Source: Geosiphon pyriformis uo1
Lineage: Eukaryota > Fungi > Glomeromycota
Length of the DNA stretch: 64,000 bases
NCBI GenBank assembly: GCA_016748015.1
Contig: JAAOMT010000577.1
Coordinates: 1 to 64,000 of the forward strand
Direction of reading: 5' to 3'
The position numbers and the translations under genes were made by a program. Shown here piece after piece: positions 25,006 through 38,861 of the stretch; the first letter of the stretch is position 1; each line of letters opens with the position of its first letter. The notes below the pieces were generated by a model, which searched no databases, was not told where the DNA came from, and saw only the letters and a program-made list of their open reading frames with translations.

Positions 25006-26046
25006 ATGGCTGATGAGGTTGAGATCTCTTGTATATTATTTGGGTGATCACTCAATTATTTCAAAAGATAATTTTGAATATTCCTGTTTTATTCAAAGGA
25101 ATCCATAGACACCTCACAATTTGAACAAGAAAGCTGGTACACTGATGCACTTGGCAAGTTTATTATTTTTTGTTTTTCGTATAGGATGGACATATTTTAA
25201 CTAACTTTATTTTACAGAATTTTGGTCTGATAAACCGGCCACTGTTGGTGGTATGCTTGGTGGCTATGACGCAATATCAAACCTTGACATCAAAACTTCG
25301 CAAATCTTTCTGTCAGAATATGTAAAGGGAAAACGTGGGAAAGGAAACGCCCTCAAGACCCCACCACGTATATTAACAAAACATGCATGTGATTGTGGTG
25401 CTGGGATCGGACGCATTTCCAAGCATTTTTTACTTAAAATATTCGATAAGGTTGATTTGGTCGAATGCACACCAAAGTTCATAGAGCATGCCGAAAAAGA
25501 GTATTTGTTAAATGAGAAGAACGAAGGAAAAATAGACAAATTTTATTGTGTTGGATTACAAGAGTTTGATCCTGAACCCCAGAAGTATGATCTGATATGG
25601 TGCCAATGGGTACTCTTATATCTAAAGGATGAAGATTTAGTTTCCTTTTTGAAGAGGGCAAAGAACGGCTTAAAACAGAATGGTATTATATGTCTTAAAG
25701 AAAATGTCTCTGTATTTGGTTATTCATTTCATGAAGATGATAGTAGTGTGACAAGGTAAGAATTTTTTTATTTTTTTATTATCTTTTCTTTTCTTTTCTT
25801 TTCTAACTAAAAAATGATGCACAAAAATTTACCCAAAAAGATCTGATAAAATATTCAAAGAAATCTTTCAAAATTCTCGACTGAAACTCTTGAAAGAGGC
25901 AACACAATATGGATTTCCAGAAGGGTTGTTTGAAGTCAAGATGTAACAAATTTTCACATTTTTTTGTATTTGCAAAATTTAGATCCCTTTTTCAAAAATT
26001 TTTTTTGTTTTGTTTTATAAGGTACGCGTTGGCGCCAGATGTTTGA
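25006..26046 (+). CDS. NTM1: Alpha-N-terminal protein methyltransferase 1 (NTMT1/Tae1)
   Basis: WYTDAL|EFWSDKPATVGGMLGGY, ACDCGAGIGRISK, KYDLIWCQWVLLYL, LKENV, EDDSSVTR|SD, GFPEGLFEVKM|YALAPDV*. Includes GC-AG intron 25154-25217. Start (MADE micro-exon) is less certain. Confidence 0.93.
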
Positions 26047-27175
26047 TTAAAGCCCCTTTTTTAATTAATTGAGAAAAATTCTGCCCATGACAAATCGATC
26101 TACTTTCACGCCAAATATCATTGTATAAAGCTTGACTAGCTATTATGAAAATGGACCGATCCTTTTTATGTAATTCTGGCCAAAGCATATGAAAATCACA
26201 AAAAAAATAGCAAAGTTTCGAATAGAAAAAGGCAGTCACTATTGATGAAAAAATTCTTTCAGATCCAAATTGATGACTTTCTAAACTTTTGAAATATTAT
26301 TTTTTCTAATTTAAAGAATTCATTTTGTTCTTTTCCAAAAATCCGCGTCACTCTTTAAAATATAAAATTACTTGGCTATAGAACCAATTTATGATACGTT
26401 AACTTGGTTAAAAAACCAGGCACAAAGATAATGATATATTGATAAATTCGCATTCATTTTATATCTCATGTAATCATTTTTTCTAAATTTCCTATTTTTG
26501 ATCGAAAATAAATAATTTTTTTTTTTTTATAAATGATGAAAAAAAAACTCCTCAAAAATATATTTATTTATTTCATTTATTTATTTGGCGGGGTTTCGGG
26601 AGCTGAGAATCAGTATCATTAAAAAAAAAAAGAAAAAAGAAAAAACTTTGTCAAAAGTTGAGCTTTGAAAATCTTTAAACATTATTAATATATTAAAGTG
26701 TCTCCTATCACTTATATTATGAGAGTCTGCTTTGTCCAGTAATTTAGTTAATCGGGATTTATAATTCATGGAATTATTGATGGGATATTGATCAATTAAC
26801 CAGATGAGGAAGACAAACTTGAAATCCGTTAAAAACGAGAAAACTCCTTGGTAAACCCTTTTTTTTTAGTTAATATCAGTCGACTTTTTTTGAATCAAAG
26901 TTACCATCCCTTTCGATAATTAAAAGAATGCTGCCATGATAAAAATAATATAAAAATCATTAAAGTAGGAACAATCTTTAAACCTCATTCGAGAACGAAA
27001 CAACATTTTTTTTAAAAATATATTTAATTGAATATGATTACGATTCAAGAATTATTAATGAAAAAAATAGGGAAACTCTTAAGTATTTCAAACATTGATT
27101 TAGAAAAGATTTAGAACTAATTAAAACTCGTGCAAGCAAGAACAATGATAAAATACAAAAAAAAACATTGTTTCT

Positions 27176-28056
27176 TTAACAAAAATATCTGCTTGAGGGA
27201 AAATAGCTCACGTTGGGTTCAAATGCTTGACAAGGAATTCGTAGAAGGGCTTCAACTAATTTTCTTTGTAAGAGTAACGAGTGATGCTGATCCTGATATG
27301 TACCATCACCACGCTCATAACAAGTTGCAAGGTATTCAAATGCGGGAGGATACATAATCTTAGTTGCTTGTACCACCCAATACAGTCCATTTTTCATATT
27401 CTTTTTCTTGGCGAATTCTGACATTAAAAGTTCACCATAATTTTGCATTCCTTTCGGGTGCCCAAGAATTGCTGATTGCCGAAAATAATATTCAAAATGG
27501 CAATTTTCGGCTTCAATTCCATGCCTTTCAAAGAGGAGAATACCAGTATAACTTGCCGCGAGAGAATCGCCACAATGTGCAGCGAATTTGTAATATCTTA
27601 GAGCCCTTTTCCGATTTCTGATTTTAACACCAATCGCGTGATGAAGGAAATACCCACGCAAAAGACATAGTTTTGGGATGTGCAAGCTGACTTTGAGTAG
27701 TTCATATATTGACTTTGGATTAATACGATATCGTTCAAACCACTGTTCAAGCTTGTACACAATGTCTGTGTCTTTTTCAAGTCGGTATTGATAATGAAGA
27801 AACATAATTAAAATCCAAGTTAATTGTGTTTTTTCCTCTTCTGAAAGCTCCGCGAAGCCCAATCGACATTTTTCAAATTCAGTAAAAGTTATGTGTAATG
27901 TCGGGCAAGGTCCTTTAGAAGAGAATGATTAGAAAAAAAAATTAACAGGCTTAATTAATTGTTGGAATGTAAAATTAAACCTTCAGCCTTTGGATATTCA
28001 ACTTCTTGAAAAACACTTTCCCCAATGGACGTGCAGGCAAAACAGGAATCTGACAT
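27176..28056 (-). CDS. Sel1-like repeat protein (divergent repeats), 2 exons
   Basis: Exon 1 28056-27981 (MSDSCFACTSIGE...PKAE) and intron 27913-27980 join in frame to ORF 27176-27862. LRGYFLHHAIGV...ALRYYKFAA, YFRQSAILGHPKGM, AFEYLATCYERGDGT. Confidence 0.82.
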
Positions 28057-28559
28057 TTGGAAATATTTCCAGATTAAACCTTATTGAGTACTGGCAATCT
28101 TTTATCGTGCTGGGAAAGTTGGAAGAGTAGTATATCAAAAGTGTGAATGGCTGACAAAAAGTGTGTCGACAATGAATCATGATAAAATCATCATATTATT
28201 CACGAACCAGGGACCCTGGAGGTAACAGCTAAGACTTTTTTCGATTATCAGTTACCTCATGTCAGATTAACTGATCTGTGATAAGCAGTTGATCACATCT
28301 AAATTTGGTAAAATTTCAAGCAAACTCAATTCGTGGGGCAAGTGGCTTTTTAAAAAACGTGTGGCCATTTCCGTTCTAATTTCAAAAAGCACAAAATGTC
28401 ATAATCTATCTCTTAATTAAGTTAAAAGCTATCTCTTGCCTCCATTTCACACTTTACCTAAATCATTCCTTTTACAGTGGTTATTTTTTTACAACTCACC
28501 TCATTAAACATCAAACATTATAAATAATGAGTGAAGTAGGAGCATTAGCATTACATCAT

Positions 28560-29926
28560 TAAAATTCGGTTTCCCGTCAATTCTGATTACTTCATCATTC
28601 ATATAGGTATTTTCAACTAAACGTATCGCAACCTTTGCAAATTCTAATAAATGTGGGTTCGCGATAAACCAGTCGTTAGAAGGTAAAAATGACTTTTTTC
28701 CTTTTATAATAATCGGTTGTTCTCAATTACTCAAGTTTTTTGTGTAAAATATGATTTTATAATCCTAATATAGGAAAAAATAAATTTAGTAATTTAAATG
28801 GTTGCTTTTTCTGCTATAAATAAAAGAGTAATTTTAATAGGAAAGGCTACATTTTCTAGTGCTTCATCTTGCTGAATACTAAGAGCCATTGGTGTATTTA
28901 AAAATATTCGTAAAATAAGTTTTACAGACTGTTTTGGCTGTCGTGGCTAATGTGTCAACCCACCAATTATCCCAGGAGCTATTTTGAGGACCTGATACCG
29001 TATCCAGAATTCATGAAAATGAACCTTGTAATAGTAAAACGCAAAACTGATCATAATATAAAGGAAAAATAAGAATAATTATATTTAAGCGTAATTCCAG
29101 CAACCTCACCCTTGGATGCTGCGTAAGCAACAAAACCGGCACTGGCTTCAATATAGGCAATGGAAGAAACGTCAATGATAACCCCACGTTCTCCTATTAA
29201 AAGAAATTTTCTCAATCAGATCTTGAAGACGCAGAAAATTTCAAATATCTAAGTAGAAATAATCATTTTGGTCTGGTTCTTGCTTATAGAACTTAAAATT
29301 ATGGGAACACTTTGCAGGTTTGTACGATAAACGATACTAGTCAAGTAGCGGCTCAGCAGGTTAAACTAAAAAGATATATTTAGGGCAAGAATCGAAAAGC
29401 TTTCCAAATTAACATCTATAATTTTCTTCACGTGGTCCAAATCAATGGGTTTAACTTTATTATCTACCGTCTTTTCAGCAGAATAGAGATCTTTAAGCCA
29501 GTGTCATGAAAGATGTAAAAAGCATATGTTACCAAACTTACTAATCCTAAAGCAAAGATTTCACCGGAATTTATCAATCCCCTTCTGAATTACTTGGGCA
29601 ACTTCCTCCTATTATTTGGTTATCTGATTCGGTTGGCTTTTGGATGTCAAGTATCTAGGGTTATAAAAATATTATAAAATAATGTTCTTTGAATATCACA
29701 AGATATATATTTAACCAAACTACCATAACACTGGTGTTTAACCCACTTGACCCTTTTAAATATTAAGTCAGTTTATGAAAAAGTTCAAGCATCTTTTTTG
29801 TTTTTATATTCAAAATTTTCGATAAGCTGTTGACTCAAACAAACACTTAATAGGGTTAATTCTCCCAAAATATTAATGTTCAATTTACCCGCCTATTACA
29901 AAGAAAATTTTTCGTTTGGTTTTCAT
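28560..29926 (-). pseudogene. Short-chain dehydrogenase/reductase (HSD17B10-like), apparently decayed
   Basis: Fragments MKTKRKIFFVIGG, PIDLDHVKKIIDVNL, ERGVIIDVSSIAYIEASAGFVAYAASKG (YxxxK motif), EFAKVAIRLVENTYMNDEVIRIDG. No clean spliced ORF could be assembled and the glycine-rich motif is degraded. Confidence 0.72.
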
Positions 29927-30590
29927 GGTAAATTTTTGATAAAACCAAAAAGTTTATGTGGGATCTAATTCGAAGTGATTGATCCTATGACGCATGAAGA
30001 TCAAACCATATTCTCAGTGATTCATTGTAGAGGATCATTGATTAAACAAAAAAGGAAGTCTCTTTTTATAACTTATTTATCCTGTTTAAATTGTAAAAAG
30101 TCGAAACATTATCAAAAGAGAAATAAATCGATTGAACAGATTTTGGAAAACTCCGACTCTCAGTAATAATGAAATCTTAATTGCATACAATAGGTTCGAA
30201 ATATTTGATTACATTTGATTAGAATTTTCAGTTTAAAAAGTAATTACACACAGAATTCGACGATAATAGAGACTTAATAATATTGGAGAGAAAACATAGG
30301 AATTATTAATCACTATTTTAAATTCATCAGTTTGGATAAATATGTTCCAGCAGCAATGAAACATCTGTGGTTTCTAGCTTGAAAAAATCAAAAGATCTTT
30401 GGTCTTCATCTTTTTCATTTTGATAATGAATTGTAAAATTTCCCAGACCTAAAATCCCAAAAATACTAAATCTTTGAAAAATATCGAATCGACTATTTGA
30501 GCCCCACAATATAGTCTGTTCAAAATCAAATAACGTTGAAGGAAATAAATTATTTCTATAAAATTAAAATTTGAAACTATCTAAATACCA

Positions 30591-32995
30591 CTAAAGGTCC
30601 AATTCAAAATTGCTCTGATACAATTCCCCAGTCTGTCTATTTTGTGCAAACGCTGTTATTTCCAACTTTCCAAAGCACAAAGAAAAATCAATTACTCGGC
30701 TATATTGGTATTCAATCTGAGGCAAATGAACCGATAATCGACCAATCAACCTTACCCCTAAATCATCACAATAAATTGCGTTGTCATATGGAGTGGCATA
30801 TATGTTGAAAGTCATTAATTTTTGGTCACGAAGTACAGGTGAAGCCTCGTACGTAAATCGCTGGTTGACAGCCACTTGAATGCCCCGCTGGGCTATTCGA
30901 CGAAAAACTGTGATATAGCCTGTTTGTGTTCTACGTTCTGGAGGATCTTGCGGTGTCCATGGTCTAAACGAATCTATCCCATATGTCCATTTGAGGACAC
31001 GCGATTGAACTGTTGCCATATACAATCCTTATGGACCAAATTTTCAATGAGTTCAATACAATTTATGAATTTTAGCTTAAAAATTACATCAATTGCTTTA
31101 CCATACTGCAAAGCCCCACGTTCTACTGCAGCAATGGGATGTTTTGGTACAGCTATAATCGGAACGTAAGGTGCAAATGCATGGCGCACTTGCCATTGCA
31201 AATAATGATTTTCTGAAAAACCGCCAACCATAAAAATTGCTCGACAATATCCACCTGAAGCCGTTAGTTGCTGACCAATTAGCATGAGAATTTTCTCGAT
31301 AATTGGATCAAACATTGCTCTTACTGTATCAAAATCAAATTCAATCAGCCATTCATCTTCTTCTAGCCGTTCCTTGGTTTCACCGGTTACATATTTCAAA
31401 ATAGCTGGACATATTCTTTCCAAATCAAATTCTTTCACTTTGTAATCATCTAAGTTCCCATTAAAAGAATGTTTGATTTTGAGACAAAATTGTTGCACAA
31501 GATATTGTAATTGCCCATAATTATTTTCACTTAAAGCTAACATAGCTTCAACTCCAACTTTCTTTGAAATATAATTAAGGAAGTTTTTATCAACAAAAGA
31601 AGAACCACAATAGTCTCCAGTTCTTATTGTAATCTCGCTGAGGCGTCTGTCATGTGATAAGCTTCTTGTAGTTAAATCTACGGTTCCTCCACCGCAGTCT
31701 ACGATCATGAATGGAGCTGGAAAAGCGAAATACTAATTAAGGGAAGTCAAAATTAATTTCAAACCATTTACCTTGGAGAAAACTTACCATCAGGGGGTAG
31801 TGAGTGTTCTTTGAGGATGGATATGCAGTGTATTGCCGCTGCCTCAGCTACAAGAAAAAAGATCAATTAAAAAAGAAAATGGTTGGGAAATAATAATGAG
31901 GATAAAAATCTTACGCTCTGTAGTGAACTCCAGGTTTCTTGAATATCTTTCTTCTATCAATCCCGCTTCAAATGCCATCGATCTAAGCATACCTCTGGCT
32001 TCATCTGACCTTCTCAATGAATAGAATGTAAATCAGTTTAAGAACTTTTTTTTGTAAGAAATTAACTTTAATATTCACCATTCTGCTGGAACAGACATAA
32101 CAAACAAAACTTGTTGTGGGAATCTTAGACCTGGCCATCGAGAATTTATGGTAGTATAAATCAGCTTATATTAGGTATCAGTTGAACAATTGATTTGATA
32201 AGTTCCTAATTGTATGATAAGAATAAAGGTTGTGAGAGGAAAAATTCGAATATCGCACCTTATTCATGCATCGAAGAAAATCAACAATTGCCCTGTGGTA
32301 TTCAAGTCCAGGTGGTAATTTTGGCCTTTCATTAGGATCTAAATTCCCTAAGAATAATTTAAATAATTCCGCTGGTTTTGGTTGAGGTTTCTGGTTAGCT
32401 TTAAGCTTTTTTCTTGGTTCTTGAGCTAGAGCTGGATATCCCCTTAAAAATAAAAGTTTCTTTTTTAAAATTTTTAAAATTTTTAAGATTTTACTTTCTA
32501 ATTAAATTACCATTCTTTCACATTGAACTCTTCATCGTATAATAGTGCTGTATTCGTTTTGAACTGTCCTGTTTGTTCGGGCCTCGAAAGTCAAAAAATT
32601 TTAAAGCTATGGCAATTAAAAAATCTCATCAAAATATAAAAGCATACCACACATCGTTTGTCACTACTTGATCTGGACTTGATTTAAATGCGTAGGCGAA
32701 ACCTATCTTAAAAATTTCAGATCAAAATAAAAATCAAATTCCAGAAATTAAACTTAACGAAGGAGCAGAGTTTACTTCAAAACTTACCCGAGAAGGTTGT
32801 CCCAAAATCTAGAGAGCCAAAACTTGTTATAAAAAAATTTAAATTAAAAGGAATCAATGGAAATTTTGGAAATTACTTACCAAGTCCCACAACCACCCTA
32901 ATATCGCTCGCCAATGGTATTCTCAAGTGTTGTAAATTGAGAACTGAAGAAGGTCGAGATGGAAATGAGTGATTTGAGCCTTCAGGTGTACCCAT
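30591..32995 (-). CDS. HSP70-like protein (HSPA12-type), multi-exon; third paralogue in the window
   Basis: ATG 32995. IRVVVGL|DFGTTFS|GFAYA, FKTNTALLYD, AELFKLFL, FVMSVPAEW, EFTTE|PEAAAIHC, MIVDCGGGTVD, CGSSFVD, FMVGGFSE, VLKWTYGI ... FELDL*. Confidence 0.92.
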
Positions 32996-34023
32996 TGTGA
33001 AAATAACTTTCAAAGATGGTTGAATTTTCTGTGCGTAAAATAATTTTACGGAGAATGTCAATCAAAAATGCGAGTTTCTCATTTGAATAGGTAATTCCCA
33101 AAAAGTCAATTAAATTTGTATAACTAAGAGGAATCATTGTGATGCCTTATTGTGCACCATGCAGTCTATGATTTTAAATTATCTTCTGATTGCATGGTAC
33201 GCCCATACTTAATAATTCTTGGACTAAATTCGAAAAGCAGACAACCATAGCAAGAATGAAAAAGGCTTTTTAAAAATTTCTGATTAAACTATTTTTTATG
33301 TAAACTCCTCTGAATCAACAAAGAGCATCTAACCAAATTAGAAATATTCCATAATCAATTCTAATGGAGCCATTTTAATAATGTGTTGAAATTTAATGCC
33401 TAGGTCTCTTAAGAAATTCGTTCTTTTAATGAAATCTTTTGCTGCTTATGTCGAATTTGAATTCTTTATACGATAAAAGATTTTTTTCTGCATTTTATAT
33501 TCCATTTTGCAAGGTTAGCCACATTTAGAATTTACGATTGCTTTTTAATAGCTCAGAAATTTCCTCCTGTTCAAGTAACCAAATTAAACTCTGAATAAAA
33601 TATATTATCAATAAAGAAATTCGTGAAGTCTCATATTTCGAATTACTCCTATATCCGAAAAACCTTTGATCTTACGTCCCCGTTAATAAAAATAAGCGTA
33701 CCTTGGGATTATTGAATTGTGAAAATGGCGGTTTCATATTGACTTTGTTAGCTCAATTTTTCAAAATCTAACTACTTGATTAGTTAATGTGATGTGTGAA
33801 AAGAATATTTTGATCTTTGAAGAGTTCGAATTTTATTATTTTTTCAAATCAATTAAAATTAGTCAACTATTTGGTACATGACAGGAAAGTAATGCCCGAT
33901 TTACATGTGTAACTAGATAAGTAAATAAAAACCTCATTTGAATTTTTTCTGGTCCCAATTTCTCGTTTATTATTTTTTTAAACGTTTAACCATATACTGG
34001 ACAAATTTTTGTTTGACTAAAAT

Positions 34024-34600
34024 ATGAAGACCCGTACACAGTTAACCGACATTGATAAGGGTAAAATACTAGCTCTTATCAAAATTATGAGTGCTGAGAA
34101 AGTTGCGAAGGAAATAAAGCGCGACCCTACAACAATACGACGGTTCCTAGCTAAATACAAAAGGACTAAGAAAATCGAAAATTTACCACGGTCCGGAAGA
34201 CCGCATATTCTAAAAGACAAACAAAAAAATGCACTTATACAAAAAGCTATAAAAGAACGATCTAAGCCACTTCGTGATATTGTAAAAGATTTAGATCTTA
34301 AGTGCTCTTTAACAACAGCTAGAATGGTACTTCATGATGCAGGAATTCGATCCCATATAGCAGCAAAAAAGTCATCTGTTTCAGAAAATCAAACAATTAA
34401 ATAAGTAATTTGGTGCCAAAGAAAATATCAACCAAAAATATATATTATTGGTGAAGTATTATTTTTTCGGATGAAACAAGTGTAGGAATTAGAAAAAAAT
34501 TACGACAAATAAGAGTATGACATCATACAGGCGAAAGATATAATGTAAAATTTTTAACTTCAATTTTCAAGAATTGTCAGAGCTCGACAACGGTTTGGAT
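34024..34600 (+). mobile_element. Tc1-like transposase relic
   Basis: HTH N-terminus (VAKEIKRDPTTIRRFL, RSGRP, CSLTTARMVLHDAGIRSHIAAKK), then stops and frameshifts. Residual IIFSDETS near 34460-34480. No TIRs recognised. Confidence 0.8.
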
Positions 34601-35965
34601 TGGCGAATAATAATTTTTTTTATTGTATTTATGACTTAAATATTCATAAAAAATTATTTAATTTGACATTTTTAAAATATTTGCTTTGATTATTATAGCA
34701 CTATGAAAAAAAAACTTAATATTTCAAATATTAAAAGAAAGATTTTATTTATTGAAAATATTATATATATTCATCACAGACTTAAAAATGGAAACACAAT
34801 GCTTTTTCACTTTTTCTCAAAAATAAAACTTTTTCAAAATTAAAAAATCCAATCCAACACTTTTAAATAATACATTAACAAATCAATTTGGAATAAAAAA
34901 ATTAACAAAATATAATATTTTAGAAAGAAAAAATGAATTTTTTAACAAAAATTTGAATTTATATACTTTTAATCTTAAAAGAAAAAAATATCCAAATTTT
35001 TGCACATTAAATAATAATTAACATTATAGCTTGCCAAAACAATTAATACAAATTTATTGATATTTTGTTTAATTTATAAACTGAATAATTTCAAAAAAAC
35101 TCAAATATAGTTGACTAATGTTAAATAATTTATCAAAATTTTATAAACAACTTTAAGTAAAATTTAGATAATATTTATAATTTTAATAAAACAGCTTTCT
35201 ATTGAAAATTAGAACACTTTAAAAAATTTTTTAAAATATTCTATTGCTAACACAAAAACAAATACATAATAAGAATAAGAATAAGAAAATAAAAATAAAA
35301 ATAAAATATTTGATTATTTTGTTCAATCTTTTAAAAAAATAAAGTGTTATTTAAGACAAATTTTTCAATCTGTTCAAAGATTTAAATTAAATATATGTAA
35401 AAAAAATTTAATTGTTTTTTATACCAACTCATATTAATAAAATTATTTAAATTGTTTATTATTTATTAATATTAAATTTTTTGTTGCTGTGCAAAGATGC
35501 TGCAACTATGGTGTCATGAAATGCAAGATAAAAACTTGAGTTCTAAAAAAGCTCAAATGTTTCTCATACATCTTTGTTGGTAACTTTAAAAAATATTTTT
35601 TAACACTATATACAATAGTTTCACGCTGGTTCGTCAAAAAGGAAATATGCGAAAAGTTATTTTCATTTTTTCCTTGTAACTTTATTTTACATTTTATCAA
35701 AAAGAAATTTGATATGTCATGACTAATGCAATATTTTACTTATTCATCATTGCTATCCGTAGTGATCTCAAAATGTAAATTACATCATTGCGCGGAAAAA
35801 TCTAAAAAGGGGTTTATATAGAGTGGCGCAGCTTTATCGTCATTTCGGAACAATAGTTTCTTATTTTAGGGAGGTAAATTCTGAGAATTGTATTCTCCAA
35901 ATTTTTAGGGATTTCCATTCGAACAAAAACTTGAGTGTTGCGAATTTGTTTCAAATGTCCCAAAT

Positions 35966-36961
35966 ATGGAATGGACTCCTCTTCCTGAAGACAGGCTTGA
36001 AATTAATCCAGCTGAAAGCGTTCTCCACATTTACAATACAATGAATAACGAATATCAAGACGATCGGTTAATTGTGAAAGAAGTTAAAAAGTGGCTAGCC
36101 TGGAATAATTATTCACCAAACCAACTTTTCTCAATTGTTACAAATCGAGCTCAAGAGCTATCATCGCAATACGCGAGTTTATATGCATTTCTTCATTGTT
36201 ATGGAATTGGCACTGTAGAAGACAAAGAACAAACTTTCATATGGTATAAAACGGCTGCTGAAAATGGTGATATCGCAGCTCAAAGTCAACTTGGGTGGTG
36301 TTGCTATACTGGTGTCGGGACACAATCTGATCATGACCAAGCCTTTTATTGGTTTCAAAAATCTGCCTTAAATGGATGTGCCACCGCTGAGGGGTGGGTT
36401 GGTGCCTGCTATGAGCATGGACACGGAACGCTTAAAAATCGAGAAAATGCTTTTGTATGGTATACCCATTCAGCCAATGATGGGGATGGCTGGGGAATGT
36501 ACAAACTTGGATATTGCTATGCTCGAGCCATTGGTACTCCTCAAGACAAGCTGCTTGCTGAACATTGGTTTCGAAGATCGGCTGAAGCGGCGAATCGCAC
36601 CGGTCAACGTATGCTTGCAAGTTTTCTTTTAGATAAAGAAGACAAGAACGATCATGAAGAAGCACTGATTTGGCTTCAAAAATCCGCAGAACAGGGTGAA
36701 TTAACTTCACAAAAGATGTTGGGTGATTATTATATGGAAACTGAAGACAAACGCGCTGTTTATTGGTATCGAAAGGCATCAGATGAGGGGTCTCAATACG
36801 CCCCATCAAATCTTGGCAGCTGTCATCAGTACGGTTTTACTGGCTTGAAAAAAGATATCCACGAAGCGATTCGTTGCTACAGAATTGCTGTGAAAAGAAG
36901 AGACTCGAATAGTCACTGTAAGCTCCGGAACCTTTTTCACCCGAATTTTAGAATAATTTAG
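35966..36961 (+). CDS. Sel1-like repeat protein, intronless, 331 aa
   Basis: About seven SLR repeats (AQSQLGWCCYTGVGT...AFYWFQKSA) after a helical N-terminal domain. Confidence 0.92.
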   Translation: MEWTPLPEDRLEINPAESVLHIYNTMNNEYQDDRLIVKEVKKWLAWNNYSPNQLFSIVTNRAQELSSQYASLYAFLHCYGIGTVEDKEQTFIWYKTAAENGDIAAQSQLGWCCYTGVGTQSDHDQAFYWFQKSALNGCATAEGWVGACYEHGHGTLKNRENAFVWYTHSANDGDGWGMYKLGYCYARAIGTPQDKLLAEHWFRRSAEAANRTGQRMLASFLLDKEDKNDHEEALIWLQKSAEQGELTSQKMLGDYYMETEDKRAVYWYRKASDEGSQYAPSNLGSCHQYGFTGLKKDIHEAIRCYRIAVKRRDSNSHCKLRNLFHPNFRII

Positions 36962-37742
36962 GAAAAAATGATTTTCATCGTTCTAGTTCCTTATTTTATA
37001 TAATTCACCTTTTCTTTGCAATGGGTTGGAATCCACATGTATTCGGGTTTATCAAAAGGTTCATGACCCTACATTCAGGGCTACAAATTTTATTTTAATT
37101 ATATAATAAACAAAATGCTTAAGTTGAAAATTCAGCCCCCTTTAGTTCGATCTTGCAATTACCCTTAATACTTAGGCGAATTTAAAGAAATGTGAGACTT
37201 TTGAAAAAAAAGATTCGTATAACAAATAATTTATCAATTTTGATAGATGTCAAATTAAGGATAATATTGCGTTGTCCATGATACTCTTAGAAACCCCTGG
37301 ACCAGAATACCTGAACAAAAGAAAAGTGGTAATAGTTCTTGAAGTTCTATGTTTTATTAGATGAAAAACAGATTGCGACATGAAATGCAAGGCATCTTTA
37401 TTTCCTGGATCAAATGCAAATTTTAATCGATTTTGTTCTGCTTATTGTTTATCAGAACACCTAGTTTAGAATATTTCTCTTGAATATTACAAAAACTTTT
37501 TCGTGATCTGTGGGTAGATTTGATTAATTCCAAATTTAAGCATTGAATTTGGGTTGGTTTTAAATTATACAGAATCACTAATTATTGTTAAATTTGTATT
37601 TTCCAAAAAAGATTTTTTATTGGTTTCATTTCTTAAATATTAAAAGTATATTGAAATTGAGTGTTTTGTATTTTTATATACTGGTATATTATAACATAAT
37701 TATTAAAATTCATCTTACTTTCTGCTATAAAACATTTAATAG

Positions 37743-37776
<34 letters not shown>

Positions 37777-38861
37777 TATATAATTATTTTATTTTTGTAT
37801 ATAAATACAATTAATTACAATTTATATATAAAATTTATTTATATACAAAAACAAAAAAATTAAATTCAATGTAAATTTATTTTCGATTATTATTTATTTA
37901 TTTATTTATTTTACATATTCTATTTTGAATTAGAATAAAAAATTAATAAATAACATGATGAAATTTAATTAAAAACAATATAAATCTAATTAAAAATTTT
38001 TTTTTAAAAAATAGAGCAATCAATAAAAAAATCTAAAAGTAAAAAAAATAGTTTAATAAAAAATAAACACATCTGTTATAATTTTTATGTCTATTGGTTA
38101 GTGTTTTTTAAAATTCAATAATAAAATAGTTAATTATTTTCAACAATTGTTTTTTTTTTTTTTAATAAATTATAAAAACAAGCTTTTTACTTTTTTAATT
38201 TAATTCTAATAAAATAAACAAATTAAAAAAGAAAAAAAAAATGGTTTTAAAGTTAACTTTTGGAGTTTTAAAAAGTGTAAAATGTAATAAATTTTTATTT
38301 TAAGAAATTTAAATAGGTTCAAATACACTGTTTTTTTGTTGAATGTTTCTTAGATTTATGACAGCAAATCAAAATTTCAGTCAAACAATTTTTTACGATA
38401 TTTGAATGCTCAATCACAATATCTCATTGTAACCATCAAGTCGCAATTCTTCAAAAAATTTGTTTTAGTCCTTTTTTTATCCAAATTACTGAAAAATATA
38501 TGAAACACCAATTATATTTTTCTTAATAATTTCAATCAGCCTCTCCTATTGATGAGATTTATAACAGGTGAATAAAAAAGTAGTAAGACCGGTTTTCGCT
38601 AAAAATTTCTCTCCACATGTCTTTACATAAGCTTCAACTTTGAGGTAAATTATCATGTTTGGATTTATTTTATAGGAAGAACAAAGTTGCAAAAAAATCA
38701 ATAATGTTTATTTTATATCACATTCACTTAAACTTCTAGAATTTTATTAGGAGAAATCTTTTCTTTTTTAGCTAAAGATAAACAGTCTATTACCAGCCTT
38801 ATTTTTTAATTAATTGTGCAATTTTTTTTATATGGAATACTGCTCAATTTATAAGGTATGA

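Noticed and set aside
33000-34020. A GrpE-like partner upstream of the third HSP70
   Set aside because: No such ORF is visible, only a Tc1 relic, so the head-to-head pairing is not universal in this window.
37020-37480. Minus-strand LKFAFDPGNK, reminiscent of a RuvC-I DPG motif
   Set aside because: No other TnpB motifs nearby, and it is on the opposite strand about 6.6 kb from the Fanzor relic.
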